Positions 6,969-17,257 of a stretch of 39,253 nucleotides of DNA are shown here, in pieces. Position 1 is the first letter of the stretch; every line of letters starts with the position of its first letter. The position numbers were made by a program, and so were the translations under genes. The DNA is from Escherichia virus ECG4, in sequence record MN218775.2; one strand, 5' to 3'. Under the pieces are notes generated by a model that was not told where the DNA came from, did not search any database, and saw only the letters and a list, made by a program, of their open reading frames with translations.

Positions 6969-8017
6969 CAACTATCAAAACCAACCCGCATCGCGCTGTA
7001 GATTACTCTGAGTCAGGCGTTAAGAAAGCGCTTGAAGCTGCTGGGTCGCTGGAAGCCGAAGTGAAGTATGACGGTGTGCGGTTGAATATTCCGGTGACGT
7101 ATGAGGGTGAGACTTACTGGTTAAGCCGTGAGTCAAAAGCGCTTCCGGCCTTAGACTGTTTCAACAGTGGGTCAGGACATGCGTGCCGTGCGGCCGACTG
7201 GCGATGGTTCCTGAAGCAAGCAGGACATGAAGTCTTCGGTCTGATGATTGACGGAGAGGTGATGGTCAAGGGTGTAGACTTCAACACATCCTCAGGTCTT
7301 ATCCGCACCCTGTGGCTGACCCCAAGCAACTACAAGTGCACTGAAGGCTATCCAGGACGTAGCAACAAGGTCCCATTCCAGATAGCCCGGTTCCTACTCA
7401 AAGTGGTCGTCTACGGGGTCATCGACCTTAACATCATCAACGACCCGAAAGCCGAAGGTCCTATCCATAGCGTCACACGCCTGAAGGCCGAAGCTATCGT
7501 CCCTCTCCTCCAGAAATACTTCCCGGAAATAGACTGGGTTCTGTCTGAGTCATACATAGTGTTTGAACTTGAAGCGCTTACCTGCTTGTATGAGGAGAAG
7601 AGTTTAGAGGGCCATGAGGGTCTGGTGGTTAAAGACCCACTGGGACGCTGGAAGCGTGGCAAGAAGTCAGGTATGTTCAAGATGAAACCCGAAGAGGGCA
7701 TTGACGGTACGTTGTACGGCCTTATATGGGGAACAGAAGGTCTAGCCAACGAAGGTATGGTCATCGGCTTTGACGTTATGCTTGAGAACGGGATGGAAGT
7801 GGATCGGAAGCCTTCCACTCATGGTTCTGCTCCTCACTCAGGCCGCACGCATTTAAACTGGCGTAAGGGGTTATGCTCAAGCACTATTTATGGAAACCCG
7901 TTTGCGGGTAATCAGGTGGAAGTCCTCTTCATGGAGCGGTTCCCTGATGGCTCCCTTCGTCACCCCAGCTTCAAGTGCTGGCGTGGAACCGAAGACAACC
8001 CAACGGTGAAGTCATGA
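6950..8017 (+). CDS. ATP-dependent DNA ligase (T7 gene 1.3 homologue), 355 aa
   Basis: Adenylation motif KYDGVR (AEVKYDGVRLNI); length and position as for T7 ligase. Confidence 0.92.
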   Translation: MEYNTMTTIKTNPHRAVDYSESGVKKALEAAGSLEAEVKYDGVRLNIPVTYEGETYWLSRESKALPALDCFNSGSGHACRAADWRWFLKQAGHEVFGLMIDGEVMVKGVDFNTSSGLIRTLWLTPSNYKCTEGYPGRSNKVPFQIARFLLKVVVYGVIDLNIINDPKAEGPIHSVTRLKAEAIVPLLQKYFPEIDWVLSESYIVFELEALTCLYEEKSLEGHEGLVVKDPLGRWKRGKKSGMFKMKPEEGIDGTLYGLIWGTEGLANEGMVIGFDVMLENGMEVDRKPSTHGSAPHSGRTHLNWRKGLCSSTIYGNPFAGNQVEVLFMERFPDGSLRHPSFKCWRGTEDNPTVKS

Positions 8018-8193
8018 GTACACAACTTTATATCAACATAGCAAGTGGTCAACTCTACGCTGTGGTAAATGGCGAGCTGTGGTATCGTAAACTCAAGAAG
8101 TGGGCCAAGTCCTACTACGATGAAGAGACAATATCAACCATGAGTCATCGCTACCGTAAGGCTGCTAAGGTGAACAACTTTAAGATGCGTTAA
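8014..8193 (+). CDS. Small protein, 59 aa, translationally coupled to ligase
   Basis: ATG 8014 overlaps the ligase stop (ATGA). The track ORF 7975-8193 is the same frame with an upstream start that has no RBS. Confidence 0.5.
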   Translation: MSTQLYINIASGQLYAVVNGELWYRKLKKWAKSYYDEETISTMSHRYRKAAKVNNFKMR

Positions 8194-8199
8194 TGTCAA

Positions 8200-8230
8200 C
8201 CCAGTGGTCTTCGGACTGCTGGGTTTCTTT
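8200..8230 (+). terminator. Intrinsic terminator (T7 TE-like) at the end of the early region
   Basis: 10-bp stem CCCAGTGGTC / GACTGCTGGG (two G-U pairs), TTCG tetraloop, then TTTCTTT. Confidence 0.7.
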
Positions 8231-8252
8231 GCGTCTGGGCCACCAGCCTGAC

Positions 8253-8275
8253 CCTAAGCTATCACTATAGGACAA
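8253..8275 (+). promoter_or_regulatory. Phage RNAP promoter (phi1.5-like)
   Basis: TAAGCTATCACTATAGGA at 8255-8272, +1 G at 8270. Confidence 0.7.
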
Positions 8276-8300
8276 CCTAACCGACCTAAGGAGGAACCTT

Positions 8301-8375
8301 ATGTTTAAGAACTTAATGTTCAATCGTTTTATTACAAGATTCCACCTGTCTCACAACCCGTTCTGCTTGCATTAA
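8301..8375 (+). CDS. Possible 24-aa peptide ORF
   Basis: ATG with strong AAGGAGG RBS 6 nt upstream, directly after the promoter; very short, so weak. Confidence 0.25.
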   Translation: MFKNLMFNRFITRFHLSHNPFCLH

Positions 8376-8554
8376 GCGCAGCAACGAGTAGACTACTTCG
8401 GGAAGGCCGTTAAGCTGTCACCTACAGTTTCTTCGCTAATTACTCGCGAGTCAAAGCTGAAGGCTCGCACGAAAGGCCAACTTTACGTACCTGTGGTCTT
8501 TACAAAGTGGCCTCGCGTTCGTCTGTTCGTTGAGGTCGTGAAGGAGATGTTCTG

Positions 8555-8893
8555 ATGGGATTTTGTTATAGCACATACTGTGAAGCATGTAATGGTGACG
8601 ACCGCTTCCCGCACGTTGGTAAACTTGTAGGTAACAAACTACAAGAAATTATCGACGCTGTCCGCAAGCCGTCCCACTATCAGGTCTTTGATGGTGTGGA
8701 ATCCATTGAGATTATCGCCCGGTCCATGACTGTCAGCGAGTTCCGTGGTTTCTGCATGGGTAACGTCCTGAAGTATCGACTCCGAGCTGGTAAGAAGTCC
8801 GAGCTGGCTACTATGGAGAAGGACCTAAACAAAGCGGCCTTCTATCAGGAGCTGTTCGACCTGCATAAAGGTAAGTGCTATGCTGCCGAGTGA
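8555..8893 (+). CDS. Hypothetical protein, 112 aa (Cys-rich N-terminus; possibly DUF3310-like)
   Basis: ORF with GGAG RBS; CxxC pair near the N-terminus (YCEACNGDD); family assignment is a guess from memory. Confidence 0.6.
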   Translation: MGFCYSTYCEACNGDDRFPHVGKLVGNKLQEIIDAVRKPSHYQVFDGVESIEIIARSMTVSEFRGFCMGNVLKYRLRAGKKSELATMEKDLNKAAFYQELFDLHKGKCYAAE

Positions 8894-8971
8894 GTGGTGC
8901 TGGAGAGAGTGACTCTCAACCCGGACTATGCATTACCTATCCATATACCATATATGGAAGGAGCGAGGTTT

Positions 8972-9130
8972 ATGATCTTTGAGGAGAAGAAATACATCGT
9001 GGAGCTTGAGGGTCGCGTCCAGTCCTTCGAGGTTCCTGTGTACGCAAAGTCTCTTGAAGAGGCTACCATGAAGTCCCAAGAGTATGAGGACGCTGGGTTT
9101 GTGGTCGGACGGATTCGTCCTGAGACCTAA
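8972..9130 (+). CDS. gp2-like inhibitor of host RNA polymerase, 52 aa
   Basis: [33 protein letters not shown] matches T7 gp2 ([34 protein letters not shown]). I chose ATG 8972, which has an AGGAG RBS, over the upstream GTG 8894. Confidence 0.7.
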   Translation: MIFEEKKYIVELEGRVQSFEVPVYAKSLEEATMKSQEYEDAGFVVGRIRPET

Positions 9131-9148
9131 ACTATCACTGTAGGACAG
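9126..9148 (+). promoter_or_regulatory. Phage RNAP promoter (phi2.5-like), variant with G at -3
   Basis: TAAACTATCACTGTAGGA at 9128-9145. Confidence 0.6.
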
Positions 9149-9187
9149 ACGTCAAGTTCGTAACTTTAAATTAGGAGATTTACACCA

Positions 9188-9886
9188 ATGGCTAAAGAGC
9201 AACTGAAGACTTTCACCACTCCGGTAGCTGGTATCGTTGAGCCTTACGCATGGCTGAACAGAGCAGACACCAAGTTTAACGAGCGTGGTGAGCATAAGGT
9301 TAACCTGACATTCAACCTGAGCGACCCGAAGGTCCGTAAGATGATTGATGTCTTACAGAAGATTCACGACGATGCGTATGCGAAAGCACTTGCAGACCAC
9401 GAGAAGAACCCACCTCAGGTTCAGCGTGGCAAGAAGCCTATTGAACCACGAGAAGGCGACATGCCGTGGATTGAGAATGGTGACGGTACTGTTACCCTGA
9501 AGTTAAAATGCTTTGCGTCTTACCTTAAAGATGGCAAGTCCGAGCCTATCGTATTACGGTTCTACGACACCGATGCTAAACGCATCCGTGACGTCCCGAA
9601 TATTGGCGCTGGGTCTAAGCTGAAGGTCAAGTTTAAAGTCCTGCCGTTCAAGTGGAACGCTGCGACGGGTGCAAGCGTTAAGCTCCAGCTTGAGTCCTGC
9701 CTTCTGGTAGAACTGAAGGAGTGGAAAGGTGATGGTAATGGTGGCGATGGTGGCTGGGGCGATGATGAAGACCTCGGTACTGGCTACAAAGCGTCAACCG
9801 ATGGTGACTTCGGGTCTGATGACTTCGGTGACGATGGTTCCGAAGGTGGGGATGACTCCAACTCTGGTGGCGATTACAACTTCTAA
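9188..9886 (+). CDS. Single-stranded DNA-binding protein (T7 gene 2.5 homologue), 232 aa
   Basis: Position and length; Gly/Asp-rich acidic C-terminal tail ending in F, as in T7 gp2.5. Confidence 0.85.
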   Translation: MAKEQLKTFTTPVAGIVEPYAWLNRADTKFNERGEHKVNLTFNLSDPKVRKMIDVLQKIHDDAYAKALADHEKNPPQVQRGKKPIEPREGDMPWIENGDGTVTLKLKCFASYLKDGKSEPIVLRFYDTDAKRIRDVPNIGAGSKLKVKFKVLPFKWNAATGASVKLQLESCLLVELKEWKGDGNGGDGGWGDDEDLGTGYKASTDGDFGSDDFGDDGSEGGDDSNSGGDYNF

Positions 9887-10338
9887 TGGCCCAATGGTCT
9901 GCAAAACGGGGGCACTCTGTGGGTGCCTACCGCTCTGGACTTGAAGCCAAGAACCAGCAGTGGCTGGAACAGAACGGCGTCAAAGCGGAGTACGAAAGCC
10001 ATTATATCAACTATGTGATTCCGGCTTCCGACCACAAGTACACACCAGACTTTATCCTTCCTAACGGTATCATCGTAGAGACCAAAGGTATCTTCGATAG
10101 TGATGACCGTAAGAAGCACCTTCTGGTACGAGAACAGCACCCAGAGTTAGACATCCGGTTCGTGTTCTCAAGTTCCCGCTCCAAGTTATACAAAGGGTCT
10201 CCGACCACGTATGGCGCATGGTGCGAAAAGAACGGCTATAAGTATGCCGATAAGTTCATCCCGGTTGAGTGGCTTCGAGAGGCGACTGTACGTCTGCCCT
10301 CAGGTATACTCATCCCCAAGAAGAAAGGAGTTAAGTGA
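9886..10338 (+). CDS. Endonuclease I, Holliday-junction resolvase (T7 gene 3 homologue), 150 aa
   Basis: Position after SSB; length 150 aa against 149 aa in T7. Confidence 0.85.
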   Translation: MAQWSAKRGHSVGAYRSGLEAKNQQWLEQNGVKAEYESHYINYVIPASDHKYTPDFILPNGIIVETKGIFDSDDRKKHLLVREQHPELDIRFVFSSSRSKLYKGSPTTYGAWCEKNGYKYADKFIPVEWLREATVRLPSGILIPKKKGVK

Positions 10339-10562
10339 TGACTCAAGAAGTTAAGGTCGTTCGTCAGCGTCTGACCATTGATAAGATCCCGGTAGGCTAT
10401 GCGTTTATCATCCACGGTAAGCCTGGTGAAGTGTACGTGAAGATTAGTAACTCTCACGTCTTCAACCATAAGTTGCTACAGATGCATACCACGGATGCTA
10501 ACCGTTTCCAACGTCATCTGAACCTAGTAGCCGTAGAGCTGGTGGTGTACGATGGTGAGTAA
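10338..10562 (+). CDS. Hypothetical protein, 74 aa, inserted between genes 3 and 3.5
   Basis: ATG overlaps the gene 3 stop; AAGGAG RBS. T7 has no gene at this junction. Confidence 0.5.
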   Translation: MTQEVKVVRQRLTIDKIPVGYAFIIHGKPGEVYVKISNSHVFNHKLLQMHTTDANRFQRHLNLVAVELVVYDGE

Positions 10563-11010
10563 GGTTCAGTTCAACCCACGGTCCCGGACTGACGCTATCT
10601 TCGTTCACTGTTCGGCTACCAAGCCAGATATGGACATCGGGGTAGAGACCATCCGTATGTGGCACAAGCAGCAAGGCTGGCTGGACGTAGGCTACCACTT
10701 TATCATCAAGCGAGATGGCACTGTGGAAGAGGGTCGCCCGGTCAATGTCGTAGGGTCACACGTTAAGGACTGGAACTCAAAGTCCGTAGGCGTCTGCCTT
10801 GTAGGTGGAATTGACGCTAAGGGCAAGTTTAAAGCTAACTTCACTCCGGCCCAGATGCACTCCCTGCGCAACAAGCTGGCTGACCTGAAGGCCCTGTATC
10901 CTCAGGCAGAAATAAAAGCACACCATGACGTAGCACCTAAGGCGTGTCCAAGTTTCGACTTGCAACGCTGGCTGACTACCAACGAACTGGTCACTTCCGA
11001 CCGAGGTTAA
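10552..11010 (+). CDS. N-acetylmuramoyl-L-alanine amidase / T7-type lysozyme (gene 3.5 homologue), 152 aa
   Basis: DAIFVHCSATKP ... GWLDVGYHFIIKRDGTVEEGR ... GVCLVGGID ... HHDVAPKACPSFDLQRW ... NELVTSDRG, near-identical motifs to T7 lysozyme. Confidence 0.95.
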   Translation: MVSKVQFNPRSRTDAIFVHCSATKPDMDIGVETIRMWHKQQGWLDVGYHFIIKRDGTVEEGRPVNVVGSHVKDWNSKSVGVCLVGGIDAKGKFKANFTPAQMHSLRNKLADLKALYPQAEIKAHHDVAPKACPSFDLQRWLTTNELVTSDRG

Positions 11011-11034
11011 TAAACTCTAAAGGAGAATAACTCA

Positions 11035-11247
11035 ATGATTAAACTTATCGAATTTCTCGGTCGTCTGGTGGTGCGTGGTTATCGTCGTGCTGCGGTTATG
11101 GAACGAAAGGTAGCAGAGAAGACTGCTGACGGTGCGGCTGATGCTGCTGCTCTGGCTGACAAGCTGACCATCGCGTCACTGGAAGCTGGCATGAAGGCAC
11201 GTCAGGCTGACACCAAAGCTGACCAGTTGTCTAAGTTCTTCAACTGA
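11035..11247 (+). CDS. Hypothetical protein, 70 aa (hydrophobic N-terminus, Ala/Lys-rich tail)
   Basis: ORF with AAGGAG RBS. Confidence 0.55.
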   Translation: MIKLIEFLGRLVVRGYRRAAVMERKVAEKTADGAADAAALADKLTIASLEAGMKARQADTKADQLSKFFN

Positions 11248-11253
11248 CTGAAG

Positions 11254-11278
11254 GCTAAACTATCACCTTAGGGATGGG
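11254..11278 (+). promoter_or_regulatory. Degenerate phage-promoter-like sequence (CT in place of TA at -4/-3)
   Basis: TAAACTATCACCTTAGGG at 11256-11273; the upstream 12 nt are consensus but the initiation region is altered. Confidence 0.35.
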
Positions 11279-11326
11279 ACCATGAGTCCTTTCCCTTTGT
11301 TCGCATTTGTGATTAAGGAGTGACCA

Positions 11327-11344
11327 ATGGCTTTTTTTTTTTAA
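11327..11344 (+). other. Apparent authentic gene 4 start codon followed by an in-frame TAA inside a T11 homopolymer
   Basis: AAGGAG RBS, then ATG GCT TTT TTT TTT TAA. The codons after the stop translate to [28 protein letters not shown], matching the T7 gp4A zinc-binding N-terminus. Confidence 0.6.
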
Positions 11345-13105
<1,761 letters not shown>

Positions 13106-13234
13106 ATGTACAAATGGTGGAGTGATGAAGCAACCTGCCTGTCCAACATTCTGGGAGACCAAAGGTTCGACTCTAAGGCATGGAAGAGAGCTAACCGGAA
13201 GTTTATGTATCACTTCTTGCGTACAGACTTCTAG
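13106..13234 (+). CDS. Possible small protein, 42 aa
   Basis: ATG immediately after the gene 4 stop (TAAATG); no clear RBS. Confidence 0.3.
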   Translation: MYKWWSDEATCLSNILGDQRFDSKAWKRANRKFMYHFLRTDF

Positions 13235-13236
13235 GT

Positions 13237-13278
13237 CTAGACTCAAGGTCATTCACATCGAGTGGCCTTTATGATTAG
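13237..13278 (+). promoter_or_regulatory. Conserved hairpin element (candidate RNase III site, R4.7-like) upstream of the DNA polymerase gene
   Basis: TAGACTCAAGGTCATTCACATCGAGTGGCCTTTATGATTAGAC; second copy of the element. Confidence 0.45.
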
Positions 13279-13298
13279 ACTAAATCGGAGGATTAACC

Positions 13299-15470
13299 AT
13301 GTTTGACCTTAAGAGTATCTGGGGTTCTGACATAGAGACCAACGGTCTCCTTGATACAGTATCCCAGTTTCACTGTGGGGTCCTGATTAACGCCGAGTCG
13401 AATGAGACCCTTAAGTATGGGGTAGCTCCGATGGTCGGTATCGTCGGTGGCTTCAAAGAGTATGTACAGAAGGTGGAAGAGATTGCCGCATCACCTGATG
13501 GTATGCTGGTATTCCACAACGGTATCAACTATGACGTCCCGGCTATTGACAAGCTGAAGCGTCTGTACTTTGGGAAACGCTTTAACTTCCCGAAACACAA
13601 GATGATTGATACCTTGGTGCTGGGACGCTTGATGTATCCAAACATTAAGTTCTCAGACATGGGCGCAGTGAAAGCTGGTCGTCTGCCACCTAAGATGATG
13701 GGACGCCAGTCTCTTGAGGCTTGGGGCTATCGTCTCGGTGAGATGAAAGGTGAGTACAAACACGATTACGTTGCCAAGTGCAAGGCTGAAGGTATCGAAT
13801 ATAAGGCTGGGGACGAATGGTTGTTCCCATCTCAGGAGATGCTAGACTATAACGTTCAAGACGTTGTGGTCACACTGGCGTTGTTCAAGAAGTTCCTGAC
13901 TGACAAGTATTACTTCCAGTCTGAACAGTTCGCTTTCGACCAGATTTATGCGTTGCGTCTGGAACATGATGCTGCGTGGACCTGTGCGAAGATGGAACGT
14001 AACGGCTATCCGATGAACACCGAGATGGTCGAAGGCTTATATCGTGAACTCACCGTCAAACGTGCAGAGTTGTTGGACAAGCTGCGTTCGACTTTCGGTA
14101 GCTGGTATGCACCAAAGGGAGGCAAGGAGTTCTTCAAGCACCCACGGACAGGCAAGGACCTTCCGAAGTATCCGCGAGTCGTGTATCCTAAGGTCGGGTC
14201 AGTATTCAAGAAGCCGAAGAACAAAGCTCAACGATTAGGTCTGGAGCCTTGCGAGTTCGACTCACGAGACACGATGGAAGGAGCACCGTTCACACCTATC
14301 ACTTACGTTGAGTTTAATCCGGGAAGCGGAGACCACTTAGCGAAAGTCCTGATGGAGCGTGGCTGGGAGCCTGTGGACTTCACTGACACCGGGAAACCTG
14401 TAGTCGATGACGAGACGTTAGAACACGTTAAGTTACCAGACGAAGAGGCTCAGGCTTGCGTAGAGCTGGTCCGTGAGTATCTGGTAGTCCAGAAGCGCAT
14501 CGGTCAGGCTGCTGAAGGTAAGAACGCATGGTTGAAACTTGTAGGTCCAGACGGACGTATGCACGGTTCAATCAACCCATGCGGGGCAGTAACCGGACGT
14601 GCTACTCATAGTTCACCAAACATGGCTCAGGTCCCTGCTAACGGTGCTCCGTATGGTGAGATTTGCCGTGGTGCTTTCGGTGCAGCTTGGAACAAGACGG
14701 ATGGTAAGCCAGACCCTTGGATTCAAGTGGGCGTGGATGCCTCAGGTCTTGAGCTTCGTTGTCTGGGGAACCGAGCGGCCCCGTTTGATGGTGGAGCCTA
14801 TGCGAAGACTGTGGTAGAAGGGGACATCCACTGGGCCAACGCAGTAAACGCTGGGTTAGCACCTAACGTCCCACGCGATAAGTCGAACCACGACCATGAG
14901 GCTTTCCGTAACAACGCTAAGACGTTCATCTATGCGTTCCTGTATGGTGCAGGGGCCGCTAAGATTGGACTGATAGTCGGTGGCGGTAAGAAGGAAGGTT
15001 CAGCTCTCATGAAGAAATTCATTGAGGGTACACCAGCTATCAAGGATCTGCGAGAGGCTGTGAAGAATACGTTAATCTCAGACTCTAAGTGGGTGGATGG
15101 AGAGAACATCGTCAAGTGGAAACGCCGTTGGTTGCGTGGACTTGATGGTCGCCGTATCCACATCCGGTCGCCGCACTCAGCACTTAACGCCTTACTTCAG
15201 GGTGATGGTGCGGTGGTCTGTAAACACTGGCTTGGCGAGATGGAACCTAAGCTTTACGAGGCATTTTACCTGCATGGCTGGGATGGTGACTTTGCGTTTA
15301 TGGCTTTTGTCCATGATGAAGTTCAAGTTGCCGGCCGGACTATGGAAATAGCTGAGGACATCGTTAAGGTGGCGCAATCCACAATGCGAGAGGTTGGAGA
15401 GTTCTACAAGTTCAAGTGTGTACTTGACACCGAGGGAAAGATAGGATTTACGTGGCGGGAGTGTCACTAA
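13299..15470 (+). CDS. DNA polymerase (T7 gene 5 homologue), 723 aa
   Basis: Family A polymerase order: N-terminal 3'-5' exonuclease (SDIETNGLL), then palm/fingers; length close to T7 gp5. Confidence 0.95.
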   Translation: MFDLKSIWGSDIETNGLLDTVSQFHCGVLINAESNETLKYGVAPMVGIVGGFKEYVQKVEEIAASPDGMLVFHNGINYDVPAIDKLKRLYFGKRFNFPKHKMIDTLVLGRLMYPNIKFSDMGAVKAGRLPPKMMGRQSLEAWGYRLGEMKGEYKHDYVAKCKAEGIEYKAGDEWLFPSQEMLDYNVQDVVVTLALFKKFLTDKYYFQSEQFAFDQIYALRLEHDAAWTCAKMERNGYPMNTEMVEGLYRELTVKRAELLDKLRSTFGSWYAPKGGKEFFKHPRTGKDLPKYPRVVYPKVGSVFKKPKNKAQRLGLEPCEFDSRDTMEGAPFTPITYVEFNPGSGDHLAKVLMERGWEPVDFTDTGKPVVDDETLEHVKLPDEEAQACVELVREYLVVQKRIGQAAEGKNAWLKLVGPDGRMHGSINPCGAVTGRATHSSPNMAQVPANGAPYGEICRGAFGAAWNKTDGKPDPWIQVGVDASGLELRCLGNRAAPFDGGAYAKTVVEGDIHWANAVNAGLAPNVPRDKSNHDHEAFRNNAKTFIYAFLYGAGAAKIGLIVGGGKKEGSALMKKFIEGTPAIKDLREAVKNTLISDSKWVDGENIVKWKRRWLRGLDGRRIHIRSPHSALNALLQGDGAVVCKHWLGEMEPKLYEAFYLHGWDGDFAFMAFVHDEVQVAGRTMEIAEDIVKVAQSTMREVGEFYKFKCVLDTEGKIGFTWRECH

Positions 15471-15488
15471 TGGCTATGACCAAACGGT

Positions 15489-15746
15489 ATGCGAGTTTCG
15501 TTCTCGCTGGGTGCTGTGTTTCCAACTGAAAACGTGGAGAACTTCAAGAAGACTCTCTGCGAGCTGAGCCGTAAGGTCCTCAACGGAGAGAAGACCACTG
15601 GTTTTGAGCATAAGATGGTAGAGGTTGGTGTAACTGAAGGTCTTGAAGCTGTAGTCGAACTGGTCATCAAGAAAGTTATCGTCGAGCAGCTGAAAGAAGA
15701 CCTGAGCGATTACGATAGCCAGCCGAGCTTTGGCAACTTCCGGTGA
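15489..15746 (+). CDS. gp5.5-like protein, 85 aa, with an apparent frame break at its 5' end
   Basis: ORF starts MRVSFSL...; a 19-codon ORF (15470-15529, MAMTKRY...) overlapping the gene 5 stop is one nucleotide out of frame with it. Confidence 0.5.
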   Translation: MRVSFSLGAVFPTENVENFKKTLCELSRKVLNGEKTTGFEHKMVEVGVTEGLEAVVELVIKKVIVEQLKEDLSDYDSQPSFGNFR

Positions 15747-15756
15747 GGTTCAAGCA

Positions 15757-15966
15757 ATGAGTGAATACTTACGGGTCCTAGCGGCCCTTAAGTCCTGCCC
15801 GAAGACCTTCCAGTCCAACTATGTGCGCAACAACGCTGCACTTGTGGCTGAGGCTGCGAGTCGTGGACATCTAAGCTGCCTGTCTATGGACGGGCGTAAC
15901 AACGGTGCGTGGGAGATTACCGCTGCTGGCACCAAGTTCCTGAATCAACACGGAGGCTGTCTATGA
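15757..15966 (+). CDS. gp5.7-like protein, 69 aa
   Basis: LKSCPKTFQSNYVRNNAALVAEAASRGHLSCL ... GAWEITAAGTKFL matches T7 gp5.7; internal ATG with GGTGAGG RBS chosen. Confidence 0.75.
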   Translation: MSEYLRVLAALKSCPKTFQSNYVRNNAALVAEAASRGHLSCLSMDGRNNGAWEITAAGTKFLNQHGGCL

Positions 15967-16181
15967 ACCAAGACGTATCAGGACGAGAACTTAAGGTAGG
16001 ACAGAAGGTTGCTTTCTGTCTGGCTGGAAAATCATACGCAATGTGTATAGGCGAAGTCGTCCGGGTAATGCCTAAGACGGTAGCCATCAAGCATAAGACA
16101 TTTATTCGCTGGAAAGGAGCTGCCGAGGAAGTCGAGACGGTACGTGCATTCTCTTCAGTGTGTATCGTTGAGGAGGCGTAA
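15963..16181 (+). CDS. Small protein, 72 aa, between the gp5.7 and exonuclease genes
   Basis: ATG overlaps the gp5.7 stop (ATGA); GGAGG RBS. Confidence 0.5.
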   Translation: MNQDVSGRELKVGQKVAFCLAGKSYAMCIGEVVRVMPKTVAIKHKTFIRWKGAAEEVETVRAFSSVCIVEEA

Positions 16182-17047
16182 TGTCTGATAAGAAGATAGC
16201 TCTGGTTCTGGATGGTGACTATCTGGTCTTCTCTTCTATGGCTGCTGCCGAGGACGAGACAGACTGGGGTGATGACATCTGGACCCTTATCTGCGACCAC
16301 GCCAAGGCTCGTCGTATCCTTGAGAACACCATCGCTGAAATCGTTAAGAAGCGCAAGGCGTGGAAAGACGCTAAGATTGTGATGTGCTTCACCGACGATT
16401 GCAACTGGCGTAAGGACGTTCTGCCAACCTATAAGGCCAACCGTAAAGGTTCCCGCAAGCCTGTAGGTTACAAGAAGTTCGTAGCCGAAGTGATGGCTGA
16501 CCAACGGTTCAACAGCTTCCTGCGTCCTACGCTTGAAGGTGATGACTGTATGGGTATCATCGGGACCCGACCTCAGATTGTTGGCTGTGATCATGCGGTT
16601 CTGGTGTCCTGTGACAAGGACTTCAAGACCATCCCGAACTGTGAGTTCTTCTGGTTAACCACTGGTGAAATCCTGAGTCATACGACTGCCGAGGCAGACT
16701 ACTGGCACATGGAGCAAACCATCAAGGGTGACACTACAGATGGCTACGGCGGTATTCCGGGGATGGGTGGGGACACCACTCGTGCGTTCCTTGACGAGCC
16801 GTACTACTTCGTGCAGGAGAGCCGTGAGCTTAAGACTGGCAAGAACAAAGGCCAGATTAAGACCGAATGGAAGAAGTATCCTAAGCGTGAAGACATGACG
16901 CTGTGGGACTGCATGGTTACACTGGCTGCTAAGGCTGGTATGACCGAGGAGGAACTTCTGGTCCAAGCTCAGGTCGCTCGTATTTGTCGAGCCTCCGACT
17001 ATGACCCTAAGTCCAAGGAGGTCATCCTGTGGACACCATCCATGTAA
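16181..17047 (+). CDS. 5'-3' exonuclease (T7 gene 6 homologue), 288 aa
   Basis: Position and length; acidic N-terminal catalytic region (LVLDGDYLVFSSMAAAEDETDWGDD). Confidence 0.88.
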   Translation: MSDKKIALVLDGDYLVFSSMAAAEDETDWGDDIWTLICDHAKARRILENTIAEIVKKRKAWKDAKIVMCFTDDCNWRKDVLPTYKANRKGSRKPVGYKKFVAEVMADQRFNSFLRPTLEGDDCMGIIGTRPQIVGCDHAVLVSCDKDFKTIPNCEFFWLTTGEILSHTTAEADYWHMEQTIKGDTTDGYGGIPGMGGDTTRAFLDEPYYFVQESRELKTGKNKGQIKTEWKKYPKREDMTLWDCMVTLAAKAGMTEEELLVQAQVARICRASDYDPKSKEVILWTPSM

Positions 17048-17173
17048 TTTACTGGGTCGGACTTCTGGCCCTTTACTGCATGTACAAGTGGTTCGGGTCG
17101 AACAACCGCCCTAAACACTGAGTCTAACCGATAGTCATATCCTATCAATCCAACAGTCATCCATAGGTGAAAC

Positions 17174-17196
17174 ACTAAACTATCACTATAGGGACT
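17174..17196 (+). promoter_or_regulatory. Phage RNAP promoter (phi6.5-like)
   Basis: TAAACTATCACTATAGGGA at 17176-17194, +1 G at 17191. Confidence 0.75.
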
Positions 17197-17257
17197 TTAG
17201 GACCTAAGATATGACTATAAGATAGACTTTAGTCTTAACTTAAAGAGGAGATTCAAG

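Noticed and set aside
7975-8193. Upstream starts offered by the ORF track for the gp1.4-like, gp1.2-like, gp2-like and gp5.7-like genes (7975, 6609, 8894, 15730)
   Set aside because: Downstream in-frame ATGs (8014, 6702, 8972, 15757) have proper RBS or stop-start coupling and align with T7 protein N-termini.
15917-16594. 225-aa minus-strand ORF (also 21568-22122, 3161-3541, 36375-36884 and other minus-strand ORFs in the track)
   Set aside because: They lie antisense to strongly supported genes (exonuclease, capsid, RNAP, spanin) in a genome whose promoters and terminators all point rightward; Val/Leu/Ser-rich antisense-type composition.
17029-17121. Possible 30-codon gene 6.3-like ORF overlapping the exonuclease stop
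   Set aside because: Needs a GTG start with no RBS and I cannot recall a matching gp6.3 sequence; too weak to call.
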